DNA of 64,000 nucleotides from an uncultured candidatus Porisulfidus sp. (GTDB lineage Bacteria; Pseudomonadota; Gammaproteobacteria; Poriferisulfidales; Oxydemutatoraceae): NCBI GenBank assembly GCA_965215765.1, contig OZ244118.1, positions 1,101,007 to 1,165,006 of the forward strand, read 5' to 3'. Shown piece by piece: positions 62,889 to 64,000 of this stretch (position 1 is its first letter; each line of letters starts with the position of its first letter). The notes under the pieces were generated by a model. It saw only the letters and a program-made list of their open reading frames with translations, ran no database searches and was not told where the DNA came from. The position numbers and the translations under genes were made by a program.

Positions 62889-64000
<1,112 letters not shown>

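Overview
This window looks like a chromosomal segment from a moderate-GC (~48-50% by eye) Gram-negative, probably gammaproteobacterial, genome. The taxon is not identifiable from sequence alone. A host-associated organism such as an Endozoicomonas-like bacterium is only a guess. The housekeeping backbone, in order, is: mutS (-), a stand-alone CinA-C/PncC gene (+), a small c-type cytochrome (-), orn (+), lepA (+), folP (+), thiE/thiD (-), rubredoxin (+), a MATE efflux pump (+), a class I glutamine amidotransferase present in two copies (+), trpC-trpD-trpG-trpE (-), rpe (-), a YhdH-like quinone oxidoreductase (-), purK-purE (-), a class I lysyl-tRNA synthetase lysK (-) and gmk (-). Two things stand out. 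First, between purE and lysK (~29.4-59.9 kb) there is a roughly 30-kb array of at least 10 paralogous genes, which I call family B. Each carries its own near-identical sigma70-like promoter, a ~280-nt leader with an embedded upstream ORF, a shared ~180-aa N-terminal domain, shuffled internal modules and hypervariable C-terminal parts. One member is a 1690-aa protein with seven ~185-aa tandem modules. Two members carry in-frame nonsense codons. Copies of the lysK 3' end are scattered through the array, recording stepwise segmental duplication. This is a strong candidate for a diversifying secreted effector or toxin family. A second, smaller paralog family (A) lies at 0-4.2 kb. Second, almost every gene boundary in the window carries tandem duplications of 150-320 bp units that include gene termini. 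These are 4 copies at mutS/cinA-like 5' ends, 3 at folP/thiE 3' ends, about 11 at the trpE 5' end, 279-bp units at the trpC 3' end plus a 1.3-kb duplication, 232-bp units upstream of a family-A gene, and 210-bp units with a variable (CGTGGT)n hexamer after gmk. No IS elements, CRISPR arrays or rRNA/tRNA genes were recognised.
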